Below are positions 17,190 to 25,687 of a stretch of 50,389 bases of DNA, one piece after another (within the stretch, counting starts at the first letter, position 1; every line of letters starts with the position of its first letter). Location: contig JALOOH010000001.1 of the NCBI GenBank assembly GCA_025454515.1, positions 1 to 50,389 on the forward strand, written 5' to 3'. The position numbers were made by a program, and so were the translations under genes. This DNA is from Chloroflexota bacterium (GTDB lineage Bacteria > Chloroflexota > Limnocylindria > Limnocylindrales > CSP1-4). The notes under the pieces were generated by a model. The model made no database searches. It was not told where the DNA came from and was given only the letters and a program-made list of their open reading frames with translations.

Positions 17190-19288
17190 GTGCGGGCTCC
17201 TTCGAACGGGCGCCCGCGCCACCGCGGCGGCCGCCCGCGGACGGCGTCCACCAGGCTCGCCACCTGGGCGATGGTCGTCAGGCTCACGGTGAGAGGGTGC
17301 CACAGGACCGTTCGCAGCGGCATGCGCTCGCGGATGGCGACGAGGAGCCGGAACACGACGACGAGCCCCAGTGCGACGAGTCCTCCGCCGAACAGGATCG
17401 GGTCCCCGACGATCGCGCCGGCGAGCGGCAGGAGGCACGGCAGCAGCCATGCGACGGTCGTGAGGCCGAGGCTCGCGATCGCGACCGCGAACGACCCCCC
17501 TCCGTACGCGACGAACACGCGCCGCCAGGCGGCGAGCGCCCCGACGCCGTCCGGGTAGTGGCGCGTCGCGGCGAGCGGGGCGGCGCGGACGAGTCGCACG
17601 CGGTCGCCGGCCCGCACGAAGGTGCGCGCGAGGTCGACATCCTCTCGCTCGCTCCCGGGGGTCGCGGCGTGCCCGCCGCATCGGGCGTACGCCGCGCGGT
17701 CCACGAACAGCAGCGGTCCGTAGGCGAAGGCGATCGCCGCGGGGTGTCCGCCGCTGCCGTGCGCGGGAGCGAGGGGCAGCAGCCCGAGGATCGTCATCGG
17801 CAGCTGCGGGATGCAGGCCTGCTCCGCGAACGTCGGCATCGCGTAGCGCGTGACGCCGGTCACGAGGCCGGCCCTGGTCCGCAGCTGCTCCGTGGCCAGC
17901 CGCGTCAGCGCCGACGGATCGGTGAGCGTGGTGTCGGCATCGAGGAAGAGCAGGTGCGGCGTGGCGACCGTCGCGGCCGCCCGGTCGCAGGCCCAGCTCT
18001 TCCCGGCCCATCCGTCGGGCTTGGGTGGCACGGTCATCACCACGTCCGCGCACCCCGGCCGCAGCCGTGCCAGCTCGGCCCGCGCGACCGCCGCCGACCC
18101 GTCCGTCGAGCCGTCGTCCGCGACGACGATCGCGAGGTCGGGATGGTCCTGCCCGGCGACCGAGGCGAGGAGCGCCGGCAGCCGCGCGGCCTCGTCCCGG
18201 CACGGCACCACCACCGTCAGCGGCGGGAGCACGGCACCCGGCGCGGCCCGTGTGGGCAGCCGCAGCGAGGCCTCGGCCGCGAGCGCCATGAGGAGGGGCA
18301 CGCCGGCGGCGAGGCAGGTCGCGGCCACGATGACGACGCTGACGGGGCTCGTGTAGAAGCCCCACGCGGCGAGGAGGGCCTGCGTGATGACGAAGCCGGC
18401 GAGGAAGTTCAGGCCGAGGAAGCTGCGCCACGCGCGCCGCGCCTGGGCCTCCGACGGGTCGCAGAGGATCGACAGCGGCAGCAGCAGGTACGGCGCCAGC
18501 GCGAGGGCGGCGAGCACGCCGAGCGGCCCGTACGCCAGCGGGATCGCGGCGGCGAGCGCGTAGCACGCGAGGGCCAGCCATGCGGTGGCGCGAGGGCCGG
18601 CCGCCGTGGCGATCGACCCGATCCCCGCGGCCCGGTCGTACGCGATGTCCTGGACCGCGCCCACCGCGTGGCTCGCCACGCCCCAGGCGAAGAACGCCGC
18701 GACGAGGGGCCAGGGGATCGCGGCAGGCGGCATGCCGCCGACGAGGAAGCCCGCGACCGCCGGCAGGACGAAGTGCGACGACGACGTGAGCGAATCCAGC
18801 AGCGGCCGCTCCTTGGTCCGCAGCGGCGGCGCCGAGTAGACGACGGCCGCGAGGGCCGCCAGGAGCACCACGGCCGTGCCCGCCGGCGGCGCGACGACCG
18901 CGAGCGCGAGGAGCAGCGGGACGTTCGTCACGGCGACGGCCACCCACGTCGCGCGGCGACGATCCGGCGGCAGGAGCCCGCCCTCGACCGACCGCTTGCG
19001 CGGGTTCGCGACGTCCGAGGGGTAGTCGAAGATGTCGTTCACCCCGTACATGAGCAGGTTGAACGGCACGAGGAAGTAGAGGAACCCGAGCAGGACGGCG
19101 AGGTCGACGCCCCGCAGCGCCGCGTAGGCGGCGGCGGCGAACGGCAGCGCGGTGTTGACCCACGAGAGAGGGCGACTGGCGGCGAGGAGGTCGCGCACGA
19201 CGGCGCCCGGCCGCGCCCCGTCGGCATGCCCCGGCGCGGGCGGCGGAGGCGTCCCGTCGGGTGATGCGGGATGCGGCGCCGCGTCCAT
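17186..19288 (-). CDS. Fusion protein: UbiA-type lycopene elongase (CrtEb/LyeJ-like) N-terminal half + family-2 glycosyltransferase (CrtQ/CrtX-like) C-terminal half
   Basis: The ATG at 19288 lies 2 nt after the upstream stop. The prenyltransferase motifs are NDIFDYPSD and QDIAYD in a polytopic region. The GT2 part shows TVVVPCRDE, DDGSTDGS, FLDADT and EDVDL, followed by further TM helices. It is a single uninterrupted frame. Confidence 0.8.
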   Translation of the reverse strand: MDAAPHPASPDGTPPPPAPGHADGARPGAVVRDLLAASRPLSWVNTALPFAAAAYAALRGVDLAVLLGFLYFLVPFNLLMYGVNDIFDYPSDVANPRKRSVEGGLLPPDRRRATWVAVAVTNVPLLLALAVVAPPAGTAVVLLAALAAVVYSAPPLRTKERPLLDSLTSSSHFVLPAVAGFLVGGMPPAAIPWPLVAAFFAWGVASHAVGAVQDIAYDRAAGIGSIATAAGPRATAWLALACYALAAAIPLAYGPLGVLAALALAPYLLLPLSILCDPSEAQARRAWRSFLGLNFLAGFVITQALLAAWGFYTSPVSVVIVAATCLAAGVPLLMALAAEASLRLPTRAAPGAVLPPLTVVVPCRDEAARLPALLASVAGQDHPDLAIVVADDGSTDGSAAVARAELARLRPGCADVVMTVPPKPDGWAGKSWACDRAAATVATPHLLFLDADTTLTDPSALTRLATEQLRTRAGLVTGVTRYAMPTFAEQACIPQLPMTILGLLPLAPAHGSGGHPAAIAFAYGPLLFVDRAAYARCGGHAATPGSEREDVDLARTFVRAGDRVRLVRAAPLAATRHYPDGVGALAAWRRVFVAYGGGSFAVAIASLGLTTVAWLLPCLLPLAGAIVGDPILFGGGLVALGLVVVFRLLVAIRERMPLRTVLWHPLTVSLTTIAQVASLVDAVRGRPPRWRGRPFEGART

Positions 19289-19290
19289 CG

Positions 19291-19596
19291 TCACCGCAGG
19301 CTCCGGCGGCGGCCGCGCGCCGCGTCGTACGCCGCGATGGCGGTGAGGCAGAGCGCCGCGCCGTACAGGTAGTCCTCGACTGGCGTCGTCCCCAGGCGGA
19401 TCCCCGCGATCGCCGCTTCTCCGTACGTGACGATCGGCAGCCCCGTGAGCACGGCGTCGAACACGACCGTGAAGGCCAGGAAGACCGCGAGAGCGGCCCA
19501 GGTCTGCCGTCGCCCGGCCGCCCCCGCCCACCACGCGAGGAGGACGGCGGCAGCGAGCCACGCCAGGCCGGCGAGCGTGTACGCGGGGATCGTCAC
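19291..19596 (-). CDS. Lycopene cyclase domain protein (heterodimeric CrtYe/Yf-type subunit)
   Basis: A 101-aa, 3-TM protein with the motif GTTPVEDYLYG. The GTG start overlaps the upstream stop (GTGA at 19593-19596). Confidence 0.75.
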   Translation of the reverse strand: MTIPAYTLAGLAWLAAAVLLAWWAGAAGRRQTWAALAVFLAFTVVFDAVLTGLPIVTYGEAAIAGIRLGTTPVEDYLYGAALCLTAIAAYDAARGRRRSLR

Positions 19597-19901
19597 GCAG
19601 GCTCCTCACCCGTGAGCCTGCCCGCGACGCGGTACAGCAGGATCGCCCACACGGTGATGAACGCGAGAAGAAGCGGCTCCTCCGGCGGGATCCCGGGGGG
19701 GACGATCGCGACGACCCACGTCGGGTTCGATGCGAACCATCCGCCCGCCGCCCCGAGCGCGTCGAACGCGAGGAAGGCGACCTCCACGACGACGATCGCC
19801 ACGACCGTGGCGCGGCTCCACAGGCCGAGCCGGAGGCGCCGGTCGATGACGAAGGCACCGACGAGGGACGCGAGGATGGCGGCGAGGTACAGGCCGGGCA
19901 C
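19593..19901 (-). CDS. Lycopene cyclase domain protein (second heterodimeric subunit)
   Basis: GTG at 19901 gives a ~102-aa, 3-TM protein (VPGLYLAAILASLVGAF...) with the motif GIPPEEPLLLAF. The track ORF's extension up to 20213 is Arg/Pro-rich and was rejected. Confidence 0.7.
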   Translation of the reverse strand: MPGLYLAAILASLVGAFVIDRRLRLGLWSRATVVAIVVVEVAFLAFDALGAAGGWFASNPTWVVAIVPPGIPPEEPLLLAFITVWAILLYRVAGRLTGEEPA

Positions 19902-20224
19902 GCACCGAGTGTAGCGGCGACCCGTGTGCGGCCGGCCGGGACCGGGCGCCGGCCCGCCCGCCTCGGCCCCGGTGCGCACCTCACGGGGTGCCACGTCGTG
20001 CGCATCCGGGCCGGATGTGCGCCGACGGCCACGCGATTCGCAGGTGTCGGCGGGCCACGGGCGCGTGTTCCGCAGGGTGGCGTCGTTGACGAGCCGGAGG
20101 GGGCATGGCACGATGGGCGCCCCATCCGAGAAGTCGCGGGCACCCGTCCGCGGCGGACGCGTCCGTCGATCGGCCGACCGCTCCGGAGGCCCGCGGGCTC
20201 GGCATGGGCGCACGAGGATCCATC

Positions 20225-21577
20225 ATGGCAGCCGACCCCGCCGCCGCGACCACGGCGCCCCTTCGCCGCGACGTCCAGCTCGCCGCCTACCGGCGGGCGA
20301 TCGCCGTCATGCCCGGCGGGGCGGACTCCAACTTCCGCGCGTGGGGCGAGGACACCATCTACATCGACCGCGGACGCGGCAGCCACATCTGGGACCTCGA
20401 CGGCAACGAGTACATCGACCTGCGGATGGGCTACGGCCCGGTGATCCTCGGCCACGCGGACCCGCGCGTGGACGAGCACGTGCACGCGCGCATGCGCCAG
20501 GGCGTGAGCTTCTCGCTCACGAGCGAGGACGAGATCCGGGCGGTCGAGCTCATCAGGGAGCTGACCGGCTGGGTCGAGATGGCCCGGCTGACCGTCTCCG
20601 GGACCGAGGCCACGATGCACGCGATGCGGACGGCCCGCGCGTACACGGGCCGCACGAAGATCGTGAAGTTCGAGGGCCAGTACCACGGTGTGCATGACTA
20701 CGCGCTGATCAGCGTCGTCCCCAACGACATCTCCCTCCTCGGGGATCGGGACAACCCGGTCCGGCTCGCGTGGGGCCGGGGCATCCCGCCGGCCGTCGCC
20801 GACACCGTCATCCCGATCTCGTACAACGACACGGCGATGCTCCGGCGCGTCTTCGAGGCCGAGGGGGAGGACATCGCGGGCGTGATCATCGAGCCCGTCC
20901 TGGGCAACGCGCAGGGGATCATGCCGCGGGAGGGCTTCCACCAGGAGGTGCGGGCCCTGACCCGGGAGTACGGGGCGCTCCTCATCTTCGACGAGGTGAA
21001 GACGGGCTTCCGGTTCGCGCCGGGCGGTGCCGCGGAGTACTTCGGCATCGAGCCGGACCTCGCGAGCTACGCGAAGGCGATGGGCAACGGGTACCCCGCG
21101 GCGGCCTTCGGCGGGAAGGCCGAGATCATGGCGGTCATGCCCAGGCACATGAGCCATGGCGGCACGTACGCCGGCAATCGCGTGGCCGCGGCCGCGGCTG
21201 TCGCGACGCTCGAGGCGCTGAAGGACGGCACCGTGCTCGCCGGGATCGCCGAGACGGGGCGGCGCATCCAGGCGGGGCTCGCCGATGTCGCGGCCCGACG
21301 CGGCCTGCCGATCTCCTTCATGGGCCACCCGACGATGTTCGGGATGGTGTTCGCCGAGGACGCGCCGGCCGACTACCGCGGCTGGGCGGCGACGGACCAT
21401 GACCTGTACGACGCGGTCGCGGTCGGCATGCACCGCCGCGGAGCGATGCCGGAGCCCGACAGCCGCGAGCCGTGGTTCCTCAGCGCCGCCCACGACGACG
21501 CCGACGTCGCCCGGATCGTCGAGATCTTCGCCGACTCCCTCGACGCTGCCCTGGAGGCGCGCGCGGCGGCCCGCTGA
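20225..21577 (+). CDS. Class-III PLP aminotransferase (glutamate-1-semialdehyde aminomutase-like family)
   Basis: Motifs: MPGGADSN, GYGPVILGHADP, SGTEATMHAMRTARAYTGR, IIEPVLGN, LLIFDEVKTGFR, and YAKAMGNGYP carrying the PLP lysine. ATG is at 20225. Confidence 0.85.
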   Translation: MAADPAAATTAPLRRDVQLAAYRRAIAVMPGGADSNFRAWGEDTIYIDRGRGSHIWDLDGNEYIDLRMGYGPVILGHADPRVDEHVHARMRQGVSFSLTSEDEIRAVELIRELTGWVEMARLTVSGTEATMHAMRTARAYTGRTKIVKFEGQYHGVHDYALISVVPNDISLLGDRDNPVRLAWGRGIPPAVADTVIPISYNDTAMLRRVFEAEGEDIAGVIIEPVLGNAQGIMPREGFHQEVRALTREYGALLIFDEVKTGFRFAPGGAAEYFGIEPDLASYAKAMGNGYPAAAFGGKAEIMAVMPRHMSHGGTYAGNRVAAAAAVATLEALKDGTVLAGIAETGRRIQAGLADVAARRGLPISFMGHPTMFGMVFAEDAPADYRGWAATDHDLYDAVAVGMHRRGAMPEPDSREPWFLSAAHDDADVARIVEIFADSLDAALEARAAAR

Positions 21578-21605
21578 CGCCGACGGGCCGCATCTCTCGG
21601 CCGGT

Positions 21606-21695
21606 GGGCCGCCCGCGCCGGCGGCCACCGCGCCGAGCCCCTCGACCGGCGGGCCGCCCGCGCCGGCGGCCACCGCGCCGAGCCCCTCGACCGGC
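21606..21695 (+). repeat. Perfect 45-bp tandem duplication (2 copies)
   Basis: GGGCCGCCCGCGCCGGCGGCCACCGCGCCGAGCCCCTCGACCGGC occurs at 21606-21650 and again, identically, at 21651-21695. The flanks are partially related. It lies between the aminotransferase stop and the mscS ATG. Confidence 0.95.
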
Positions 21696-21719
21696 GGCGG
21701 CCCCGCTACCATCGCATCC

Positions 21720-22688
21720 ATGCCGACGCTCGACCCGAACGACCTCGACGGGCTCGTCGCGTTCCTGCGCGCCAACTGGTTCGCGGTCGCCTTCTGGGGG
21801 ATCGTCCTCGTCGTCGGCTACCGCCTCGCGAGGCCGCTCGTCCACCGGCTCGCCGTCCGCATCATGCGGTCCGCCTCGCGGGAGGGGGACGACGAGCTCC
21901 GTGAGCTGAGGGCGGCGGAGGCGGAGAAGCGCGCCGCGACCGTCGAGGACCTCGTGAGCAAGCTGCTCCGCGGGGCGATCATCGTCATCGGCCTCCTCAT
22001 CCTCCTCGCCCTCTTCGACCTCTTCCCCGTCATCGCCGGGCTCGGCATCGTCCTCGCCGCCATCACGCTCGCCGGCCAGGACATCGTCCTCGACTACCTC
22101 ATGGGCATCCTCATCCTCGTCGAGGGGCAGTACTTCATCGGGGACTGGATCTCGGTGGGCGGCGTGGAGGGCTCCGTCGAGGAGATCACGCTGCGTCGCA
22201 CGGTGATCCGGGACGCGACCGGGACCGTGCACAGCGTGTCGAACGGCGTCATCCGGACGTCGTCGAACCTGACCCGCCTCTACGCCGGGCTCGCCGTGGA
22301 CGTGGTCGTGCCGTACGACACGGACATCGACCGTGCGACCGCGGTGGTGTCGCGCGTGGGCCGCGAGATGTTCGACGACCCCGAGTGGTCGGGGCGCCTG
22401 CTCGACGCGCCCCGGCTCATCCGCGTCGGCCCGCTCGGCGACCTCGGCGTGACGCTGAAAGTCGGGGGCCGCGTCCGCGCCGCGGACCGCTGGGAGGCTC
22501 CCGGCGAGTTCCGCCGGCGCCTTCTCGCCGCGTTCAACGCGGAGGGGATCGAGATCGCGCGGCGCGGGGCCATCGTCGTGGGGAAGGACGCGGCGGGCGG
22601 GACCGTGGCGGTCGATCCGACGGCGCTCGACGCTCCGCCGCCCGGGACGGCGCCCGACGGCCCGGACGACGCCCGGCCGCATCCCTGA
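21720..22688 (+). CDS. mscS: Small-conductance mechanosensitive channel (MscS family)
   Basis: TM helices are followed by the MscS signature region (IVLDYLMGILILVEGQYFIGDWISVGGVEGSVEEITLRRTVIRDATGTVHSVSNG). ATG is at 21720. Confidence 0.85.
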   Translation: MPTLDPNDLDGLVAFLRANWFAVAFWGIVLVVGYRLARPLVHRLAVRIMRSASREGDDELRELRAAEAEKRAATVEDLVSKLLRGAIIVIGLLILLALFDLFPVIAGLGIVLAAITLAGQDIVLDYLMGILILVEGQYFIGDWISVGGVEGSVEEITLRRTVIRDATGTVHSVSNGVIRTSSNLTRLYAGLAVDVVVPYDTDIDRATAVVSRVGREMFDDPEWSGRLLDAPRLIRVGPLGDLGVTLKVGGRVRAADRWEAPGEFRRRLLAAFNAEGIEIARRGAIVVGKDAAGGTVAVDPTALDAPPPGTAPDGPDDARPHP

Positions 22689-22788
22689 GGCGGACGCGTC
22701 CTCGTTCGGGTGACGGTGCCGCGGTAGACTGGAACGCCTGCACGTCGCGGCGCGGCGGCGGCGACCGGACCGGTGTGGAGGACCGCCC

Positions 22789-24756
22789 GTGAGCGTGGAC
22801 GAGGGCATCCCGGCCCGCCCCGAGATCGAGGGGCTCCTGCTCGAGAGCCGGACGTTCCCGCCGGACCCCGCGTTCGCCGAGCGCGCGAACGCGCAGGCCG
22901 ACCTCTACGCGGAGGCGGAGCGCGATCCCGAGGGCTTCTGGGCGTCCCGAGCCCGTGACGTGCTCTCGTGGTTCACCCCGTTCGAGCGGGTGCTCGACTG
23001 GGATCCCCCGTTCGCGAGGTGGTTCATCGGCGGCGAGCTGAACGTCGCGTACAACTGCGTCGACCGCCACGTGGAGCGCGGGCTGGGGGAGAAGGTCGCG
23101 TACCACTGGATCGGGGAGCCGGGGGACACGCGGACGATCACGTTCGCGGACCTCCAGCGTGAGGTGAACAGGGCCGCCAATGCCCTCCTCGAGCTCGGCG
23201 TGCGCAAGGGCGACCGGGTCGCCATCTACATGCCGATGATCCCCGAGCTGCCGGTGTCGATGCTCGCGTGCGCGAAGATCGGCGCCGCGCACACGGTCGT
23301 CTTCGGCGGGTTCTCCGCCGAAGCGCTTGCGGACCGGATCAACGACGCGCAGGCGAAGGTCCTCATCACGGCCGACGGGGGCTGGCGGCGCGGGAGGAAG
23401 GTCGGGCTGAAGCACCACGCCGACGAGGCGCTCGCGAGCACGCCGTCGATCCTCCACACGATCGTCGTGGAGCGGCTGGGGGACGGTTGCCACATGGTGG
23501 AGGGCCGCGATCACCTCTGGGCGGACATCGTCGCCAGGCAGAGCGACGCGTGCGACCCGGTCCCGGTCGAGTCCGAGCAGATGCTGTACCTCCTGTACAC
23601 GTCCGGCACGACCGCCAAGCCGAAGGGGATCGTCCACACGAGCGCCGGCTACCTCCTGGGCGCGACCTGGACGCACCGGATGGTCTTCGACGTGAAGCCC
23701 GACGACGTGTACTGGTGCGCGGCGGACATCGGGTGGGTCACCGGCCACTCGTACATCGTGTACGGCCCGCTCGCGAACGCGACGACCGGCGTCATGTACG
23801 AGGGGGCTCCCGACACGCCGGACTGGGACCGCTGGTGGGAGATCGTCGAGCGGTATCGCGTGACGATCCTGTACACCGCGCCGACGGCCATCCGCGCCTT
23901 CATGAAGCAGGGACCCGACTTCCCGCGGCGGCACGACCTCTCGTCCCTGCGCCTGCTCGGGTCGGTCGGCGAGCCGATCAACCCGGAGGCGTGGCTCTGG
24001 TACCACGAGCACATCGGCGGGTCCAGGGCGCCGATCGTGGACACGTGGTGGCAGACAGAGACGGGCTCGATCCTCATCAGCCCCCTGCCGGGCGTGACGA
24101 CGACGAAGCCCGGCAGCGCCACCTTCCCGCTGCCGGGCGTCGCGGCGGACGTGGTGGACGCCGAGGGGAGGTCCGTCCCCAACGGTTCGGGAGGCTACCT
24201 GGTCCTCACGCGGCCATGGCCGTCGATGCTCCGCGGGATCCACGGCGACCCGGACCGGTACCGGCAGACCTACTGGAGCCGCTTCCCGGGGATGTACTTC
24301 GCGGGCGACGGCGCCAAGAGGGACGAGGACGGCTACCTGTGGCTGCTCGGCCGCGTGGACGACGTGATGAACGTCGCCGGCCACCGGATCAGCACGATCG
24401 AGGTCGAATCGGCGCTCGTCGACCACACGTCGGTCGCGGAGGCGGCGGTGGTCGGCAAGTCGGACGAGGTCACCGGCCAGGCGATCTTCGCGTTCGTCAT
24501 CCTGAAGTCCGGGCAGGAGCCGTCCGACGCGCTCGCCGTCCAGCTCCGCGAGCACGTGGCGTACGTCATCGGGCCGATCGCGCGACCCCGGTATCTCCTC
24601 TTCACCCCGGACCTCCCCAAGACGCGGTCGGGCAAGATCATGCGACGGCTCCTGCGCGACATCGCGGAGGGGCGGACGCTCGGGGACACGACGACCCTCG
24701 CGGACGCCACGGTCGTCGACACGATCCGCGAACGGACCGGCGGCACGGAGGACTGA
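22789..24756 (+). CDS. acs: Acetyl-CoA synthetase
   Basis: GTG follows GGAGG. Motifs: [60 protein letters not shown] and the C-terminal [12 protein letters not shown]. Confidence 0.95.
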   Translation: MSVDEGIPARPEIEGLLLESRTFPPDPAFAERANAQADLYAEAERDPEGFWASRARDVLSWFTPFERVLDWDPPFARWFIGGELNVAYNCVDRHVERGLGEKVAYHWIGEPGDTRTITFADLQREVNRAANALLELGVRKGDRVAIYMPMIPELPVSMLACAKIGAAHTVVFGGFSAEALADRINDAQAKVLITADGGWRRGRKVGLKHHADEALASTPSILHTIVVERLGDGCHMVEGRDHLWADIVARQSDACDPVPVESEQMLYLLYTSGTTAKPKGIVHTSAGYLLGATWTHRMVFDVKPDDVYWCAADIGWVTGHSYIVYGPLANATTGVMYEGAPDTPDWDRWWEIVERYRVTILYTAPTAIRAFMKQGPDFPRRHDLSSLRLLGSVGEPINPEAWLWYHEHIGGSRAPIVDTWWQTETGSILISPLPGVTTTKPGSATFPLPGVAADVVDAEGRSVPNGSGGYLVLTRPWPSMLRGIHGDPDRYRQTYWSRFPGMYFAGDGAKRDEDGYLWLLGRVDDVMNVAGHRISTIEVESALVDHTSVAEAAVVGKSDEVTGQAIFAFVILKSGQEPSDALAVQLREHVAYVIGPIARPRYLLFTPDLPKTRSGKIMRRLLRDIAEGRTLGDTTTLADATVVDTIRERTGGTED

Positions 24757-24760
24757 GCGG

Positions 24761-25531
24761 GTGCCACTTTTCGATCTCTTCCGACGCAAGCCCGCGCAGG
24801 GCGGTCCGCAGGCCGCCCCGGCCGCGGAGCCGGGCGCGCCGATCGACGCCTGCACGGAGGACTGGCGGATCCGCGGTCGCGTGAACGTCGAGGGCCGCCT
24901 CCTGGACGCCCTCAACCGCCGGGATCCGATCGAGATCCTGTCGGCCGAATGGGCGCCCACGGACGGCTCCGCGCCGTTCGAGGCCGTCCCCGGGCTCCGC
25001 ACGCTCGACCCGTTCGACCTGCTCATCGTCTTCGCGCGACCGGAGACGATGCCTGCCCGGACCCCGGAGGAGACTGCCGCCCGGCGGCGGTCGAAGGACA
25101 CCTTCGACGTCCTCGTGGACCTCGCGCCGTTCCAGGTCGTGGGGACCGTGCACCTGTACCCGGGCCTCGATGCGTCCTCGCTCCTCGATCGCGGGACCGA
25201 CCTGTTCATCGCCTTCACCGGTGCCGTCGCGGCCCTCCCGACCGGCCGGCGCGTCGGGCCGGACGAGCCGACGACGATCCTCGTCAACCGCTCCTACCTG
25301 ACGCACGTGGAGCAGGTCGACGAGGTCACGATGCGGGCGATCATGGCGACACGGCCGGGCGGACCCGAGGCCCCGGGCGCGCCCCTCGTCGCATCTGCGG
25401 CGCCGGACGCTGCCGGCTCACCCGCGCTGACCGCCGACGCCGTCGACGCGCCCGCGCCGCCCGTCGACGGGCCCGGTGCCGCCACGCCGGGAGTGCCCGC
25501 TCCCGGCGACGAGTCGGGCGTCACGGGCTAG
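24761..25531 (+). CDS. Hypothetical protein, apparently translationally coupled to acs
   Basis: The GTG lies 4 nt after the acs stop, and GGAGG sits inside the last acs codons. The frame is GC3-rich. A ~190-aa globular part is followed by an Ala/Pro-rich tail. I recognise no family. Confidence 0.6.
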   Translation: MPLFDLFRRKPAQGGPQAAPAAEPGAPIDACTEDWRIRGRVNVEGRLLDALNRRDPIEILSAEWAPTDGSAPFEAVPGLRTLDPFDLLIVFARPETMPARTPEETAARRRSKDTFDVLVDLAPFQVVGTVHLYPGLDASSLLDRGTDLFIAFTGAVAALPTGRRVGPDEPTTILVNRSYLTHVEQVDEVTMRAIMATRPGGPEAPGAPLVASAAPDAAGSPALTADAVDAPAPPVDGPGAATPGVPAPGDESGVTG

Positions 25532-25628
25532 ATCTCCGCGACGCGCGTCGCGGGTCGCGCGTCTCGCGTCGCGCCCGGGCCGGGGGGGCCGGACGCCGTC
25601 CAACCCGTGACGGACCCGAACGGACAGA

Positions 25629-25655
25629 GGCCGGATCGGCTGCGCCGATCCGGCC
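25629..25655. terminator. Stem-loop between convergent genes
   Basis: Perfect 12-bp inverted repeat GGCCGGATCGGC-tgc-GCCGATCCGGCC between the stop of 24761..25531 (+) and the stop of 25688..27073 (-). Confidence 0.55.
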
Positions 25656-25687
25656 CCAGGTCGTGGGACGAGGTCTCGCCGCGGAGG

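Noticed and set aside
19902-20224. Possible light- or B12-responsive regulatory region between the carotenoid operon and the aminotransferase
   Set aside because: No LitR/CarH-type regulator gene lies nearby. I found only a weak TTGACG..CACGAT promoter-like pair and one small palindrome (GATGGG-cgc-CCCATC), which is insufficient evidence.
15609-21775. Giant minus-strand ORFs 15609..19163 (1184 aa) and 17186..21775 (1529 aa)
   Set aside because: Only the 3' portions are genuine (crtI, and the elongase-GT2 fusion). The 5' extensions run out of frame through neighbouring real genes and translate to Arg/Pro/Gly-rich low-complexity text. Starts were reset to 17189 and 19288, where GTGA overlaps or short gaps link the operon.
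22534-25287. 917-aa minus-strand ORF
   Set aside because: It is antisense to acs, whose identity is unambiguous, and has a low-complexity Arg-rich translation.
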